Positions 19,258 through 28,469 are shown, counted from the stretch's first letter. The stretch: 50,002 bases of DNA from Bacillota bacterium (GCA_009784665.1 WRBH01000001.1:73267-123268), one strand, 5' to 3'. The notes: generated from the letters alone by a model not told the origin. Program-made: numbers and translations.

Positions 19258-20100
19258 TTAGTGCATTAAATCATGGAAAAAGTAATTAAGTGCGATAACC
19301 ATTAGTGTTCCAGTCATGATAACAACGATCATCCATTTACTTCGGTTTGAGTACTTGTACGCCATAGGCAACATCTCTGTGAATACAACACCAAGAAGGC
19401 ATCCTGCTGCAATCGCGTATGCCATTCCCGCAACAAAAGTATTTATTCCGCCGACGGCATAACCAAGCAATGCTCCAAGAACAGTAGCAAATCCGGCAAT
19501 AGAACAAACTGCAAGAATCTTCCACCATTTTGATCCACCTGCTTTCATAGGAATAGCGATCGACATCCCTTCGGGAACGCAAGACAACCCAATAACAATA
19601 GCGGCAACAATTGATCCAGAAGCTCCAATTGCTAATCCCTTTGGAATATCGTGCAAGATTATTGCAAAGGCAACTGTGAATGCGATTGCGAACATTTTTC
19701 TTCTTTCGGATTTTGAAATTTCGTGCGAGCAGTCCTCGCTGTGTGGTGTTATTCCGTGGACATGTTCATGACCATGTTTGTCAAAAAAGCTAAGTGCAAA
19801 GGCAAGCCCACCACCAATTGCAAGTCCTAGCAGCGTAAACCATATTCCTGCCCCGCCATGCTGGTACCAAACTGGTTCAGGGTACAAGTTCCCATCTGCG
19901 TCGAAACTGTGGTAATGTCCGCGGCCGATAGCATGTGGTACAAAGTCAACAAGTACAAGGGTAGTCAGGACTGCGGCTGCAAATGCAAATGCAAGTCCGA
20001 TTAGCTTTTTACTTGGCTTTTTTATAAACAGGACGATAACTCCTCCGAGGATAGAACTTAGCATTCCTGCAACAAAAGCCATTAGTAATACATTAAGCAT
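19258..20100 (-). CDS. ZIP (GufA-like) metal transporter with atypical transport site
   Basis: 8-TM layout, His-rich loop KHGHEHVH, HDIPKGLAIG and VPEGMSIAIP. Confidence 0.85.
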   Translation of the reverse strand: MLNVLLMAFVAGMLSSILGGVIVLFIKKPSKKLIGLAFAFAAAVLTTLVLVDFVPHAIGRGHYHSFDADGNLYPEPVWYQHGGAGIWFTLLGLAIGGGLAFALSFFDKHGHEHVHGITPHSEDCSHEISKSERRKMFAIAFTVAFAIILHDIPKGLAIGASGSIVAAIVIGLSCVPEGMSIAIPMKAGGSKWWKILAVCSIAGFATVLGALLGYAVGGINTFVAGMAYAIAAGCLLGVVFTEMLPMAYKYSNRSKWMIVVIMTGTLMVIALNYFFHDLMH

Positions 20101-20620
20101 CTACATCCTCCGCGGTGAAAAATAAGTTATAAGTTACTCCGCCAATAGTTATTTGCAGCCTGTATTGTTGTGCATTTGGCTCTTGTTGCATCAGGAATAG
20201 ATTAGCCCGCTGATATGCCGAAGAGGTGTTGTCGGAAACCTCTGGGTTTGCAATGTCTAGAGAAGGAAATGCAGTTACGAAATTAACTCTTTGCCCTGCG
20301 GTTGTTGGGGCGGTATGATAAAGATGGTGATGCCAACCGCCAGTGCTGTTATACGAGGCGTGATTTTCTGATGGGTTAATGTTCGCGACAAGGTTCACAC
20401 CATTAAGTCTTATGGAAACTTGATTGCCAGCAAAAGTCAAACGAGCCTCGGTTATTGGAGAGGTTGTGACCGCTGTTCCTGTCGGATTCTCAACCGAGTT
20501 CCAATTGATTGTAACTCTGTCAAGACTGTAAATTCGTGCTTGGTGCGTCGGTGGCGAGCATGCCACAAGGACGATTGACGCCAAAGCTATCACTGCAACT
20601 AATGAAAATAATTTTTTCAT
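20093..20620 (-). CDS. Lipoprotein of unknown function
   Basis: MKK signal, LVAC lipobox, HHHLYH cluster; coupled to the ZIP gene. Confidence 0.8.
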   Translation of the reverse strand: MKKLFSLVAVIALASIVLVACSPPTHQARIYSLDRVTINWNSVENPTGTAVTTSPITEARLTFAGNQVSIRLNGVNLVANINPSENHASYNSTGGWHHHLYHTAPTTAGQRVNFVTAFPSLDIANPEVSDNTSSAYQRANLFLMQQEPNAQQYRLQITIGGVTYNLFFTAEDVDA

Positions 20621-20687
20621 ATTTAATTATATAAAACAAAATATAAAAACACAATACTATTTCGTTGCGTTTGTAATGACGGCGATA

Positions 20688-21035
20688 TCAGTCGGCGGCA
20701 TACGCTTTGTTTATGATAGAGGCAAGAGCGATTCGGTGCTCACCGCATCCACATTCAAGGGTGTCAATCGTCTTTAGGTGTTCTATGATCTGTGGAAGGG
20801 GTGTCTTGCTATTCTTTATGCGACGATGGATTGTGGTATGGTCAAAGCAAAGCCTTTTTCCAATTTCGCGGGTGGATAGTCCTTGATGATGAAGGGCAAG
20901 GGCCAACATTGTTTCCAGCTCGGTATTACCCTCCCCTGTGAACTGATGTCCGCAGCTTTTGCACAGGAAGCATTGCTTTCCACGACGCAAGCCGTTTTTA
21001 ACGATTTCTTCATTGCTACAATGTTTGCATTTCAT
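20688..21035 (-). CDS. IS1 InsA-like zinc-ribbon/HTH protein without catalytic domain
   Basis: CKHC...IVKNG...GKQCFLCKSCGHQF and GLSTREIGKRLCFDHTTIHRRI. Confidence 0.75.
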   Translation of the reverse strand: MKCKHCSNEEIVKNGLRRGKQCFLCKSCGHQFTGEGNTELETMLALALHHQGLSTREIGKRLCFDHTTIHRRIKNSKTPLPQIIEHLKTIDTLECGCGEHRIALASIINKAYAAD

Positions 21036-21058
21036 TTAATTAAAGATTATCATATTAC

Positions 21059-21814
21059 ATGGCAAAAGTAAAAGATGAAAAGACAGATGCAGAGTTACTG
21101 CATGGTCGGCGGGAAAAGTTGCGACAAAACTTTGACAAATTAGGGCTTCAATCATTTCATGATTCACATGTATTAGAGTATGCACTAGGATTTTGCGTGC
21201 CCCGAGTCGACACGCATCCAACCGCACATAGGTTGCTTGAAACATTTGGCAGCTTGGCTAATGTGGTTGACGCACATCCGAGCAAACTGGAAAAAGTTCC
21301 TGGAATGGGCAAGAATTCGGCATATTTGATTGCCTTTTTGCGACAATTTGTAACTTATTATATGGGGTCAAAAACAAAGCAGGATAGAATCTCCACCAGT
21401 GCGGATGCCATAGAGCACCTGCGAGAATTCATGAAAACCCTGGGTGTGGAGGAGTTCGTTCTAATGGCCTTGAATAAAAATGGAAAAGTATTACTGGAAA
21501 AAAAGGTGGAAGGAACTTTGAATCGTGTAAATATTGACCTGCGTGATGTAATGGATATGGTTTTACGGGTTAAAGCAAGTGCGGTGGTTTTAGCACATAA
21601 TCACCCCGAAGACACACCTGACCCTTCGGATAGTGATGTGTTGTTTACAAGGGCGATGGTGAACCTGTTGACCCCATTGGGGATTCAGTTGGTTGATCAT
21701 CTAATCTTTTCAAGAACAGACGATGTATACAGTTTCAGAGAATCGAAATTTTTAGAGTTATTTATCAATGAGCATAAAGAATTTGCGAGGAATCGAAATT
21801 TTGCGTATACTTGA
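21059..21814 (+). CDS. radC: RadC/JAB domain protein
   Basis: HGRREKLRQNF, HhH VPGMG, AHNHP...PSDSD, LVDHLI. Confidence 0.92.
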   Translation: MAKVKDEKTDAELLHGRREKLRQNFDKLGLQSFHDSHVLEYALGFCVPRVDTHPTAHRLLETFGSLANVVDAHPSKLEKVPGMGKNSAYLIAFLRQFVTYYMGSKTKQDRISTSADAIEHLREFMKTLGVEEFVLMALNKNGKVLLEKKVEGTLNRVNIDLRDVMDMVLRVKASAVVLAHNHPEDTPDPSDSDVLFTRAMVNLLTPLGIQLVDHLIFSRTDDVYSFRESKFLELFINEHKEFARNRNFAYT

Positions 21815-21817
21815 TTT

Positions 21818-22588
21818 ATGATAAAAAAATTAGCTATTACAATATGTGTGCTAGTTACAATGATAATTCCTGGAACTGTATTAACAGGGTGCGAAGGAAT
21901 TGGCATTGCCGTTACACCATGGGATGTGCGGATAGACGGAGAATATCTCAGATGGGAAACAACAGGGGGTGGAATAACCCCAGGTGGTGGACACATGACC
22001 CGAATCCATCATGTTCGTGCCCAAATGCCGGGGCTGACCCTTTATACCCAGGTGACAATGGGAACATCTATCAACCTAAGAGATCCTTTTTGGGGTTGGC
22101 ACAGAGAGCGTTCGGAGATAACTTGGGGTGCTGGAGGATGGGAAAATTTGCCCATCGACCAAGATGTTATATTTTCGGTATGGGCACACGAGACAATATA
22201 TAGACCCAGGCAACATACGCTTTATCGCGAAAGTTCCTGGTCAGAAGCTGTTATATGGACAGAAGAACAAAGACAACTTCCTGTGCCAGAGATTACATCA
22301 ATGTCGGGCGATACTCTCTGGTGGATATCAACAGGCAGCGGATCCTGGCGTACATATGCAATTAGGGCAAAAATAAATGGAAACTCTTTTTATTCCATCC
22401 AGTTCGGGTGGGGGTTAAGTGGAACAAACTTGTGGGCAACATCATGGTGGGATTCACCAACTTGGGGAAGTAATTGGATTCTGCTACCCCCTGGAAACGC
22501 TGAAGTATCAATACGCTCACAAGACGAATTACACCAAGAGATTATCAGAACCAGCAACTGGTCAGAGCCCGTCATCTGGGAGAGGTAG
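21818..22588 (+). CDS. Trp-rich lipoprotein with two related beta domains
   Basis: LTGC lipobox; SSWSEAVIW / SNWSEPVIW repeats. Confidence 0.75.
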   Translation: MIKKLAITICVLVTMIIPGTVLTGCEGIGIAVTPWDVRIDGEYLRWETTGGGITPGGGHMTRIHHVRAQMPGLTLYTQVTMGTSINLRDPFWGWHRERSEITWGAGGWENLPIDQDVIFSVWAHETIYRPRQHTLYRESSWSEAVIWTEEQRQLPVPEITSMSGDTLWWISTGSGSWRTYAIRAKINGNSFYSIQFGWGLSGTNLWATSWWDSPTWGSNWILLPPGNAEVSIRSQDELHQEIIRTSNWSEPVIWER

Positions 22589-23797
22589 CAGTTCGGGTTG
22601 TTCGTATTTGACAATTCTAGGCTTGCCTTTGTAGTGAGATTTTCGGATAAACCTTGAATCGACAAGCTCTCCATTTTTGTAAATATCAATATAAGTCCGT
22701 GCCGAGCGTGGCGGATAACCATAGTCAAGTACTATTTCTTCCCCATCTTGGATTATTCCTCCCTGTACTTCAACGGATTGAGTATGGATGGTTCGTTCCA
22801 CCCTGGGCTTGTATTCATGGGTACGAGGTGCTCCATAAATTCTTACGACAGCTTGATTTCGCCTTCCGTGGTCAATAACGCGGGCTTCTATATATATGGC
22901 CTCACCTGTAGTATTCTTGAACTCTAAGTCTGCTTGCGACGACACCATTGCGTCAAGGCCAAGGGGAACATAGTTGATCGGTAGGCTGTGGTTATGGCTC
23001 TCGATAATTCGCAAGCCCGATAATAGCACAGCGTTGAAGAGGGTGGTGCTTGCTTGACAAACGCCACCGCCTACCCCGTCGACGAATTCGCCATCAAGAA
23101 TTATTTTTGCGGTGGCATAGCCTCTGTCACGAGTCCTTTTTCCCACAATGTCATTAAAGGAAATTGTTTCGTTTGCATTTACGACCAGGCCATCAAAGAC
23201 TTCTAGTGCTAAAGTTATATTGTTTTCGCGGGGGGCATTGTCGATGAAGGTGGTCGAGTATTGGCTGCGAACTGTTATTCGCTCTAGAATCACATTGGGA
23301 TCTATAGGCTGCGTGTCGCGAACGATTGCCACGATTTGTCTTGGTTCGCGTCGCCCCAGTGTCCCTATGATCTCGGCACATAATCTTTCAATATCTAACT
23401 CTCTTCCATGGCTTTGTTCTGTGACCCAGAATTTTTCCTCGCTGTCAGGATTAAAATTTACTTTTCCGTTGTTGATAGGTTTATTGACGGATGCTCCAAC
23501 CTTCTTCACAATTGGCCACAGCTCTGGGAACGATGTTTGGAATGTCTCGTGAATTGCCTCGTTGGTTCTACCCTCCCACATTGCTTGCAGTTCGTTTGCC
23601 CGTTGATACAGGCTTCTACCTTTTACAAAGCTTTCTCTACTGGCAGTATCCCACCAATTTGATTTTATTGTTTTATTTGTGACAATTATAACATTTTCTT
23701 CATAGTAAATGGAGAACAAAACCTGCTGGGGTTCGGAAAAACCAAACAATGGAATGATAATGAATAAGGCAAGGGTCGCAACAAAAATTCGTTTCAT
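22562..23797 (-). CDS. VanW family protein
   Basis: SFNDIVGKRT, GVGGGVCQASTTLFNAVL, HSLPINYVPLGLDAMV. Confidence 0.92.
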   Translation of the reverse strand: MKRIFVATLALFIIIPLFGFSEPQQVLFSIYYEENVIIVTNKTIKSNWWDTASRESFVKGRSLYQRANELQAMWEGRTNEAIHETFQTSFPELWPIVKKVGASVNKPINNGKVNFNPDSEEKFWVTEQSHGRELDIERLCAEIIGTLGRREPRQIVAIVRDTQPIDPNVILERITVRSQYSTTFIDNAPRENNITLALEVFDGLVVNANETISFNDIVGKRTRDRGYATAKIILDGEFVDGVGGGVCQASTTLFNAVLLSGLRIIESHNHSLPINYVPLGLDAMVSSQADLEFKNTTGEAIYIEARVIDHGRRNQAVVRIYGAPRTHEYKPRVERTIHTQSVEVQGGIIQDGEEIVLDYGYPPRSARTYIDIYKNGELVDSRFIRKSHYKGKPRIVKYEQPELLPLPDDGL

Positions 23798-23828
23798 AGC
23801 AGTAGTTTGTGTCAATAATGGTTTTAGT

Positions 23829-24290
23829 ATGTTCAAGTTATGTGTATTTGTTTCGGTGTGTGCGTCATTAGTATTTTATCATTTTGTAACGCTTGATAAC
23901 CCACAGCTAGAAGTTTTAGGCAGTGGCACAATCCAAATATTTTCCAGAGAACGGATCGAGAGCCCCCTAATTTTGAACAGACAGGATTTAGGCTTCGCAT
24001 TGGCCTACACAGTAAGCAGTAATAACGCCCCCTTTCTCCGTCAAAAATTCAGCGTAATTGATGGAGAGTCTATAACCCTAGATTGGTTTCAATCGCCCCA
24101 GAAAATTCTGCAAGCATTGGGACATGAATATATGTTCAGCCAAAGAATGGGTGATTTACAAACAATATACGCCTATTCAGGTCGTGGGCGAGATTTTGTG
24201 GCTAGAGGTCGCGAGCGGGTTAACCTGCAAATCGCAGTAAGGGGTGGTCGGGTTACAGTAGGATGGCCAGTAATACTTGGCAGTTTCTAG
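23829..24290 (+). CDS. YwmB-like protein
   Basis: N-terminal TM; IYAYS...VNLQIAVR...VTVGWPVILGSF C-terminus. Confidence 0.7.
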   Translation: MFKLCVFVSVCASLVFYHFVTLDNPQLEVLGSGTIQIFSRERIESPLILNRQDLGFALAYTVSSNNAPFLRQKFSVIDGESITLDWFQSPQKILQALGHEYMFSQRMGDLQTIYAYSGRGRDFVARGRERVNLQIAVRGGRVTVGWPVILGSF

Positions 24291-24330
24291 ACTAATCCAG
24301 CCTTCGTCATGATTTAGGGTGAAGGGATAC

Positions 24331-24906
24331 TTACAAATTTCCAACTGTTTTATTGTAGCCCGACTTGTCTGCGTTGAAAATTTCAATGCCAGTTTTTTCG
24401 ATATGATCTAGGCGATAAGCATCATCCAATTCATTAGCGGTCAAGAACTTTACATGAATTTGGTCGCCCATCAGGAAATCTCGTGCCAAGTCAGGCACAT
24501 CAAAATGTTTACGGATTCGGGCATTGATTTGCTTGGCTTGGCCCACATAATATTTGCTCTTGGTTTGATTAAATATAATATAAATCCCAACTCCGCCTTT
24601 GTCGGCACTAGACAAAATTGCATTTAGGGACTTCCACTCTTTTTGATCAATTTGGGATTTAAGTTTTTCCTTCAACTGTTCTTTTGTTTGTTTGAAGGTT
24701 TCTAGTTTAGATTTTTGTTCTTCTTTTTTTAATAACTTTACTCGGGCGACTTCATCAGCTTCTTGTTTTTGTGCTTTAACATAATCAACAAGAACATCAA
24801 TATCTTTTGGTTGGATTTCTGTGGAGCTTTTTTGTCGTAGGTACACAAAAAGCAATGCCGCAACGAATAGAACAAAAATTCCAATACTAACATAAATAGC
24901 CCACAT
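24331..24906 (-). CDS. Membrane-anchored GIY-YIG nuclease
   Basis: TM, coiled coil, GIYIIFN..KYYVGQA..RIRKH..E..GYN. Confidence 0.85.
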   Translation of the reverse strand: MWAIYVSIGIFVLFVAALLFVYLRQKSSTEIQPKDIDVLVDYVKAQKQEADEVARVKLLKKEEQKSKLETFKQTKEQLKEKLKSQIDQKEWKSLNAILSSADKGGVGIYIIFNQTKSKYYVGQAKQINARIRKHFDVPDLARDFLMGDQIHVKFLTANELDDAYRLDHIEKTGIEIFNADKSGYNKTVGNL

Positions 24907-24980
24907 GCGTATATCGTATCATGGAAAATGTAATTTGACAAATATAGGCGAGTAAGAAATTCAGAAGAAAGGAGGTAACT

Positions 24981-25307
24981 ATGGAAGCAGCGGAAATAAT
25001 TATGGTGGTGATTGCAGGATTATTTTTAGCCTTAGGTCTATTTATGCTAACGGGAAAAGGTGAAATGCTTGTGGCGGGATATAATGCATCAAAGCGGATG
25101 CAAGAAAAATACGATGGCAAAAAGTTGAGCAGGCTTTGTGGTGTAATGTTGATTGTAGTTGCGTTGGCAATAGGGTTGCTGGCACTTGAGTTTGCGGTGT
25201 TTGAAACGGATTGTCTTGTGTGGGCTGTGGTGGCTGCAGTCATAATTGGAGTGATTGTCACATCTGTGATTGGCATGACCGCAAAAACATTTCGAAGGCA
25301 AAATTAA
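24981..25307 (+). CDS. DUF3784-like small membrane protein
   Basis: GKGEMLVAGYN...KYDGKKLSR; 3 TM; AAGGAGG SD. Confidence 0.8.
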   Translation: MEAAEIIMVVIAGLFLALGLFMLTGKGEMLVAGYNASKRMQEKYDGKKLSRLCGVMLIVVALAIGLLALEFAVFETDCLVWAVVAAVIIGVIVTSVIGMTAKTFRRQN

Positions 25308-25330
25308 AAAAGGGCACCCGCCCTTTTTTG
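25306..25330. terminator. Bidirectional intrinsic terminator
   Basis: AAAAAAGGGC-ACCC-GCCCTTTTTT between convergent genes. Confidence 0.9.
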
Positions 25331-25336
25331 TTTGGT

Positions 25337-26128
25337 TTAGATTCCTTGTGAAACTTTGACGCCAGGGCCCATAGATGATGCCAGGGTTACGGATTTCAGG
25401 AATGTTCCTTTTGCTGCACTTGGCTTTGATTTAATAATTGCAGCAATGATTGCGGCATAGTTCTCTGCCAGTTTTTGTGTGCCGAAAGATGCTTTTCCAA
25501 TCAGGACATGGACATTGTTTCCCTTGTCCAGACGATATTCAACTTTACCGCCCTTCGCGTCGGTAACTGCTTTTTTGATATCGGTTGTAACCGTCCCGCT
25601 CTTTGGATTAGGCATTAAACCTTTTGGACCAAGAATCTTTGCAACACGACCAACGATACCCATCATGTCAGGTGTAGTGATACAAACATCAAAGTCTAGC
25701 CAGTTTTGGGATGTGATTTTTGTGATGATATCCTCTGCTCCGACATGGTCGGCACCGGCCTTTTTAGCCTCATCTTGTTTTTCAGGTTTACAGATTACAA
25801 GAACTTTCAAGGTCTTCCCTGTCCCGTGTGGCAGGACAACGGTACCACGAACCTGTTGATCCGCTTGACGACCGTCAACACCTAGGCGTACATGCAGTTC
25901 GACGGATTCATCAAACTTTGCGGTTGCACCCTTGATGACCAGGTCAAGTGCCTCGTCCACTGGGTGAAGCTTGGTTTTATCGAATTCCAGCTTTGCACGA
26001 CGCTCTTTTCGCTCGAAAGGCTTTGGGGCTTTCTTAGGAGCTGGTGCCTTTGCCGCAGGAGTTGCTTCTTTTTTTGCGACAGGTTTCTTTTCAGCTTTCA
26101 CTTCTTCTTTTTTAACTTTTTCACTCAT
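25337..26128 (-). CDS. rplA: 50S ribosomal protein L1 with N-terminal extension
   Basis: [37 protein letters not shown]. Confidence 0.98.
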   Translation of the reverse strand: MSEKVKKEEVKAEKKPVAKKEATPAAKAPAPKKAPKPFERKERRAKLEFDKTKLHPVDEALDLVIKGATAKFDESVELHVRLGVDGRQADQQVRGTVVLPHGTGKTLKVLVICKPEKQDEAKKAGADHVGAEDIITKITSQNWLDFDVCITTPDMMGIVGRVAKILGPKGLMPNPKSGTVTTDIKKAVTDAKGGKVEYRLDKGNNVHVLIGKASFGTQKLAENYAAIIAAIIKSKPSAAKGTFLKSVTLASSMGPGVKVSQGI

Positions 26129-26140
26129 AAATCACCCTCC

Positions 26141-26569
26141 TTACGCGTCTACGACAACGACGCCCATGCTTCGTGCCGCACCTTCAACCATACGCATAGC
26201 AGCCTCAAGACTTGCTGCGTTCATATCAACCATCTTCATCTTGGCAATTGCCTCGATTTGGGCACGCGTGATCTTGCCCACTTTGTCTGTGTTTGGCTTT
26301 TTTGAACCAGACGCCAGGCCCAGTTCCTTTTTGATCAGAACCGCCGTTGGAGGGGTCTTGATCTCGAAATCAAACGAACGGTCACCGTAAATGGTAACAA
26401 CGACAGGGATGATCAGCCCTGCATCTTTCGCCGTTGCGTCGTTAAATCCTTTAACGAACATTGGTATGTTAATACCGTGCGGACCAAGGGTCGAACCAAC
26501 CGGTGGTGCTGGTGTCGCCTTGCCCGCTTCTATCTGCAGTTTAACCTGAGCCTTGATAGGTTTACTCAT
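26141..26569 (-). CDS. rplK: 50S ribosomal protein L11
   Basis: [22 protein letters not shown]. Confidence 0.98.
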   Translation of the reverse strand: MSKPIKAQVKLQIEAGKATPAPPVGSTLGPHGINIPMFVKGFNDATAKDAGLIIPVVVTIYGDRSFDFEIKTPPTAVLIKKELGLASGSKKPNTDKVGKITRAQIEAIAKMKMVDMNAASLEAAMRMVEGAARSMGVVVVDA

Positions 26570-26588
26570 GGCAATATTCTCCTCTTAA

Positions 26589-26618
26589 GCGGTTCAAACG
26601 GAACGGCGTTCCTCCCGC
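26589..26618 (-). promoter_or_regulatory. L1-binding leader hairpin of rplK-rplA
   Basis: GCGG-GAG-GAAC..GTTC..-CCGC stem with asymmetric GAG loop just upstream of the rplK SD. Confidence 0.65.
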
Positions 26619-26656
26619 GAGTTATGGGTAGTATAGCACAAACAAAAAGGACTTGT

Positions 26657-27202
26657 CTAGTCCCTTTTTTCTTTACCTTTGAATATTGTTGAAAGAATGC
26701 TTTTCTTTTTAGGTGGTTGCTTTTTCCGCGCCCTCATCTTTTCCATATATTCTTTCTTTAGGTGATCTTTGGCTTCTTGAAAGGCGTGTTGTCTCACTTC
26801 GTCCATGTCAAGTTCAACTATTTCTTCGTCTTCCAGTCCTAGATCTTCTAGACCAAGTTCATCTAGAATTCGGGTTGGCAGCTTCACCGTGTCGCTGATA
26901 TTGAAAGAACCCTCGACTTGTGTAAAGTTGTAATCGACTACACGGTCGACGCCCAGCTGCTCGGCAGTTAAATATTCTAGATCATGGTCGATGTCGCTGA
27001 CCTCTCGGCAGAAAAATTCGAGATTGTACACGCGCTCGTGTCCAAGTACATTATTTATCTTGTCTAGCCTGACTTTTTGCCTATCCACCTCTAGCTCGGT
27101 AACAGGCCGGGAGATATACCTACTGGTTTCATTCAATGGGCAGTGCACCTCGTAGTTTACATATGCGTAAGTTGTTTGTTCGATTCCTTCAAAGTAGCTC
27201 AT
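26657..27202 (-). CDS. Hypothetical acidic protein with basic C-terminal tail
   Basis: TTGACA-17-TATGAT-5-ATG; 181-aa ORF. Confidence 0.75.
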   Translation of the reverse strand: MSYFEGIEQTTYAYVNYEVHCPLNETSRYISRPVTELEVDRQKVRLDKINNVLGHERVYNLEFFCREVSDIDHDLEYLTAEQLGVDRVVDYNFTQVEGSFNISDTVKLPTRILDELGLEDLGLEDEEIVELDMDEVRQHAFQEAKDHLKKEYMEKMRARKKQPPKKKSILSTIFKGKEKRD

Positions 27203-27248
27203 GGTAAATCATACCACGAAGCAGCCACTTTGTCAATACAGCATAGAC

Positions 27249-27707
27249 TTATCTTGAGAGCAATCGCTCACGCTTCTTTTTTCGCTCTTGGTATTCTGCT
27301 TCCAGCTTTGCAAGTTGTAATTCGTTAAGTGTCGAGGACTTAACATACTTTTTCATGTCCATCATATCTTGCAGGGTTATTTTGTCTTTTTGTAGCTTTT
27401 CGCGAATAGCTTCGTAGCTGTGCATATATTCCTCGATTATTTCGTGGAATGAGAGGCCTGTTGTGGTTGCCAGAACATGCCAATAAAATAACATCTCGCC
27501 CAGAATTTCACTCATACGGACTTGTCGCTCGGGACTATATTGTTGCTCGCCAAAGCCAACACCTGCGATTATCTCATTAGCATGACCTGTGGTTTTACTT
27601 AGCCCTAGTCCTCCGTAGTTAAGTGCGTTCTGCAGGGTAAAATCCGTTTCTTTCAAGAATCGTCCAACTAAATCTTCCAAAGACTCCATGGTGTTCATTG
27701 ATGCCAT
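27249..27707 (-). CDS. MazG-like fold protein, degenerate active site
   Basis: YGGLGL...G.ANEII and EILGEMLFYWHVLATTTGLSFHEII match the layout of MazG-like NTP pyrophosphatases. Confidence 0.55.
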   Translation of the reverse strand: MASMNTMESLEDLVGRFLKETDFTLQNALNYGGLGLSKTTGHANEIIAGVGFGEQQYSPERQVRMSEILGEMLFYWHVLATTTGLSFHEIIEEYMHSYEAIREKLQKDKITLQDMMDMKKYVKSSTLNELQLAKLEAEYQERKKKRERLLSR

Positions 27708-27713
27708 GCTTCA

Positions 27714-28469
27714 CTATACTACGAACAGTGCAATTATGGCAATCACTATTAGGTAGAGGCTGAACCAATATAGTTTTATCCTTTTTATTATATCCATCAT
27801 GAATTTAATCGCGAAGATTCCTGATACAAGGGCGGTAATGAATGCGATGGACAGAGGAAGCCATCCAATTGAATTAATTGATATGGGATGACGGATTAAC
27901 TCCCATACTAATGCGGCAACGATGATGGGAATAGACATCAGGAACGCGAACTCGGCGGCCTTTTCCTTTTGTACTCCACTGGCCATTGCTGCACTGATGG
28001 TAAAGCCACTTCGTGAAAACCCGGGAATAACCGCCAAGCCTTGTGCCAGGCCTGTGGCTGCCGCCGATTGGTAATTAATTTCTCCTCCTTGTTTTTTTAT
28101 AAACGAGATACTAAACAAAACTATTGCTGTTATTATGAATGTTATGGGCAGAACACGCGCCGCAAATGTGGATTCTATCCAGTCATTGAATATTAATACA
28201 AATCCAACCGTAATAGCGGTGGCAATGATAAGGGATACATTTGTTTTGAAGTTCTCAATCGGGTGGCGGACAAGTTGAAATATTTTCTTGTGAAAAACAA
28301 ATAAAACTGCAATAAGGGTAGCAACATGCAGCATTATGTTGAAGAACATCATGTCGTCGGGCATGTTAAAAACATGTTGGACAAGGATAAGGTGACCGCT
28401 GCTGGACACTGGCAGAAATTCGGCCAGACCCTGGACAAGGCCAAGGAAAATCGCAAGTATGATTGGCAT
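27714..28469 (-). CDS. uppP: Undecaprenyl-diphosphatase
   Basis: QGLAEFLPVSSSGHL, PGFSRSGFTI, FAFLMSIP. Confidence 0.96.
   Translation of the reverse strand: MPIILAIFLGLVQGLAEFLPVSSSGHLILVQHVFNMPDDMMFFNIMLHVATLIAVLFVFHKKIFQLVRHPIENFKTNVSLIIATAITVGFVLIFNDWIESTFAARVLPITFIITAIVLFSISFIKKQGGEINYQSAAATGLAQGLAVIPGFSRSGFTISAAMASGVQKEKAAEFAFLMSIPIIVAALVWELIRHPISINSIGWLPLSIAFITALVSGIFAIKFMMDIIKRIKLYWFSLYLIVIAIIALFVV

Noticed and set aside
20688-21035. Intact IS1-family element
   Set aside because: No DDE domain, second ORF, terminal inverted repeats or target duplication seen
21811-22203. 130-aa overlapping plus-strand ORF
   Set aside because: Alternate frame of the lipoprotein gene, which has a lipobox and a promoter
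22562-23797. Vancomycin resistance locus
   Set aside because: VanW alone is a common chromosomal gene in spore formers; no vanHAX/vanRS nearby
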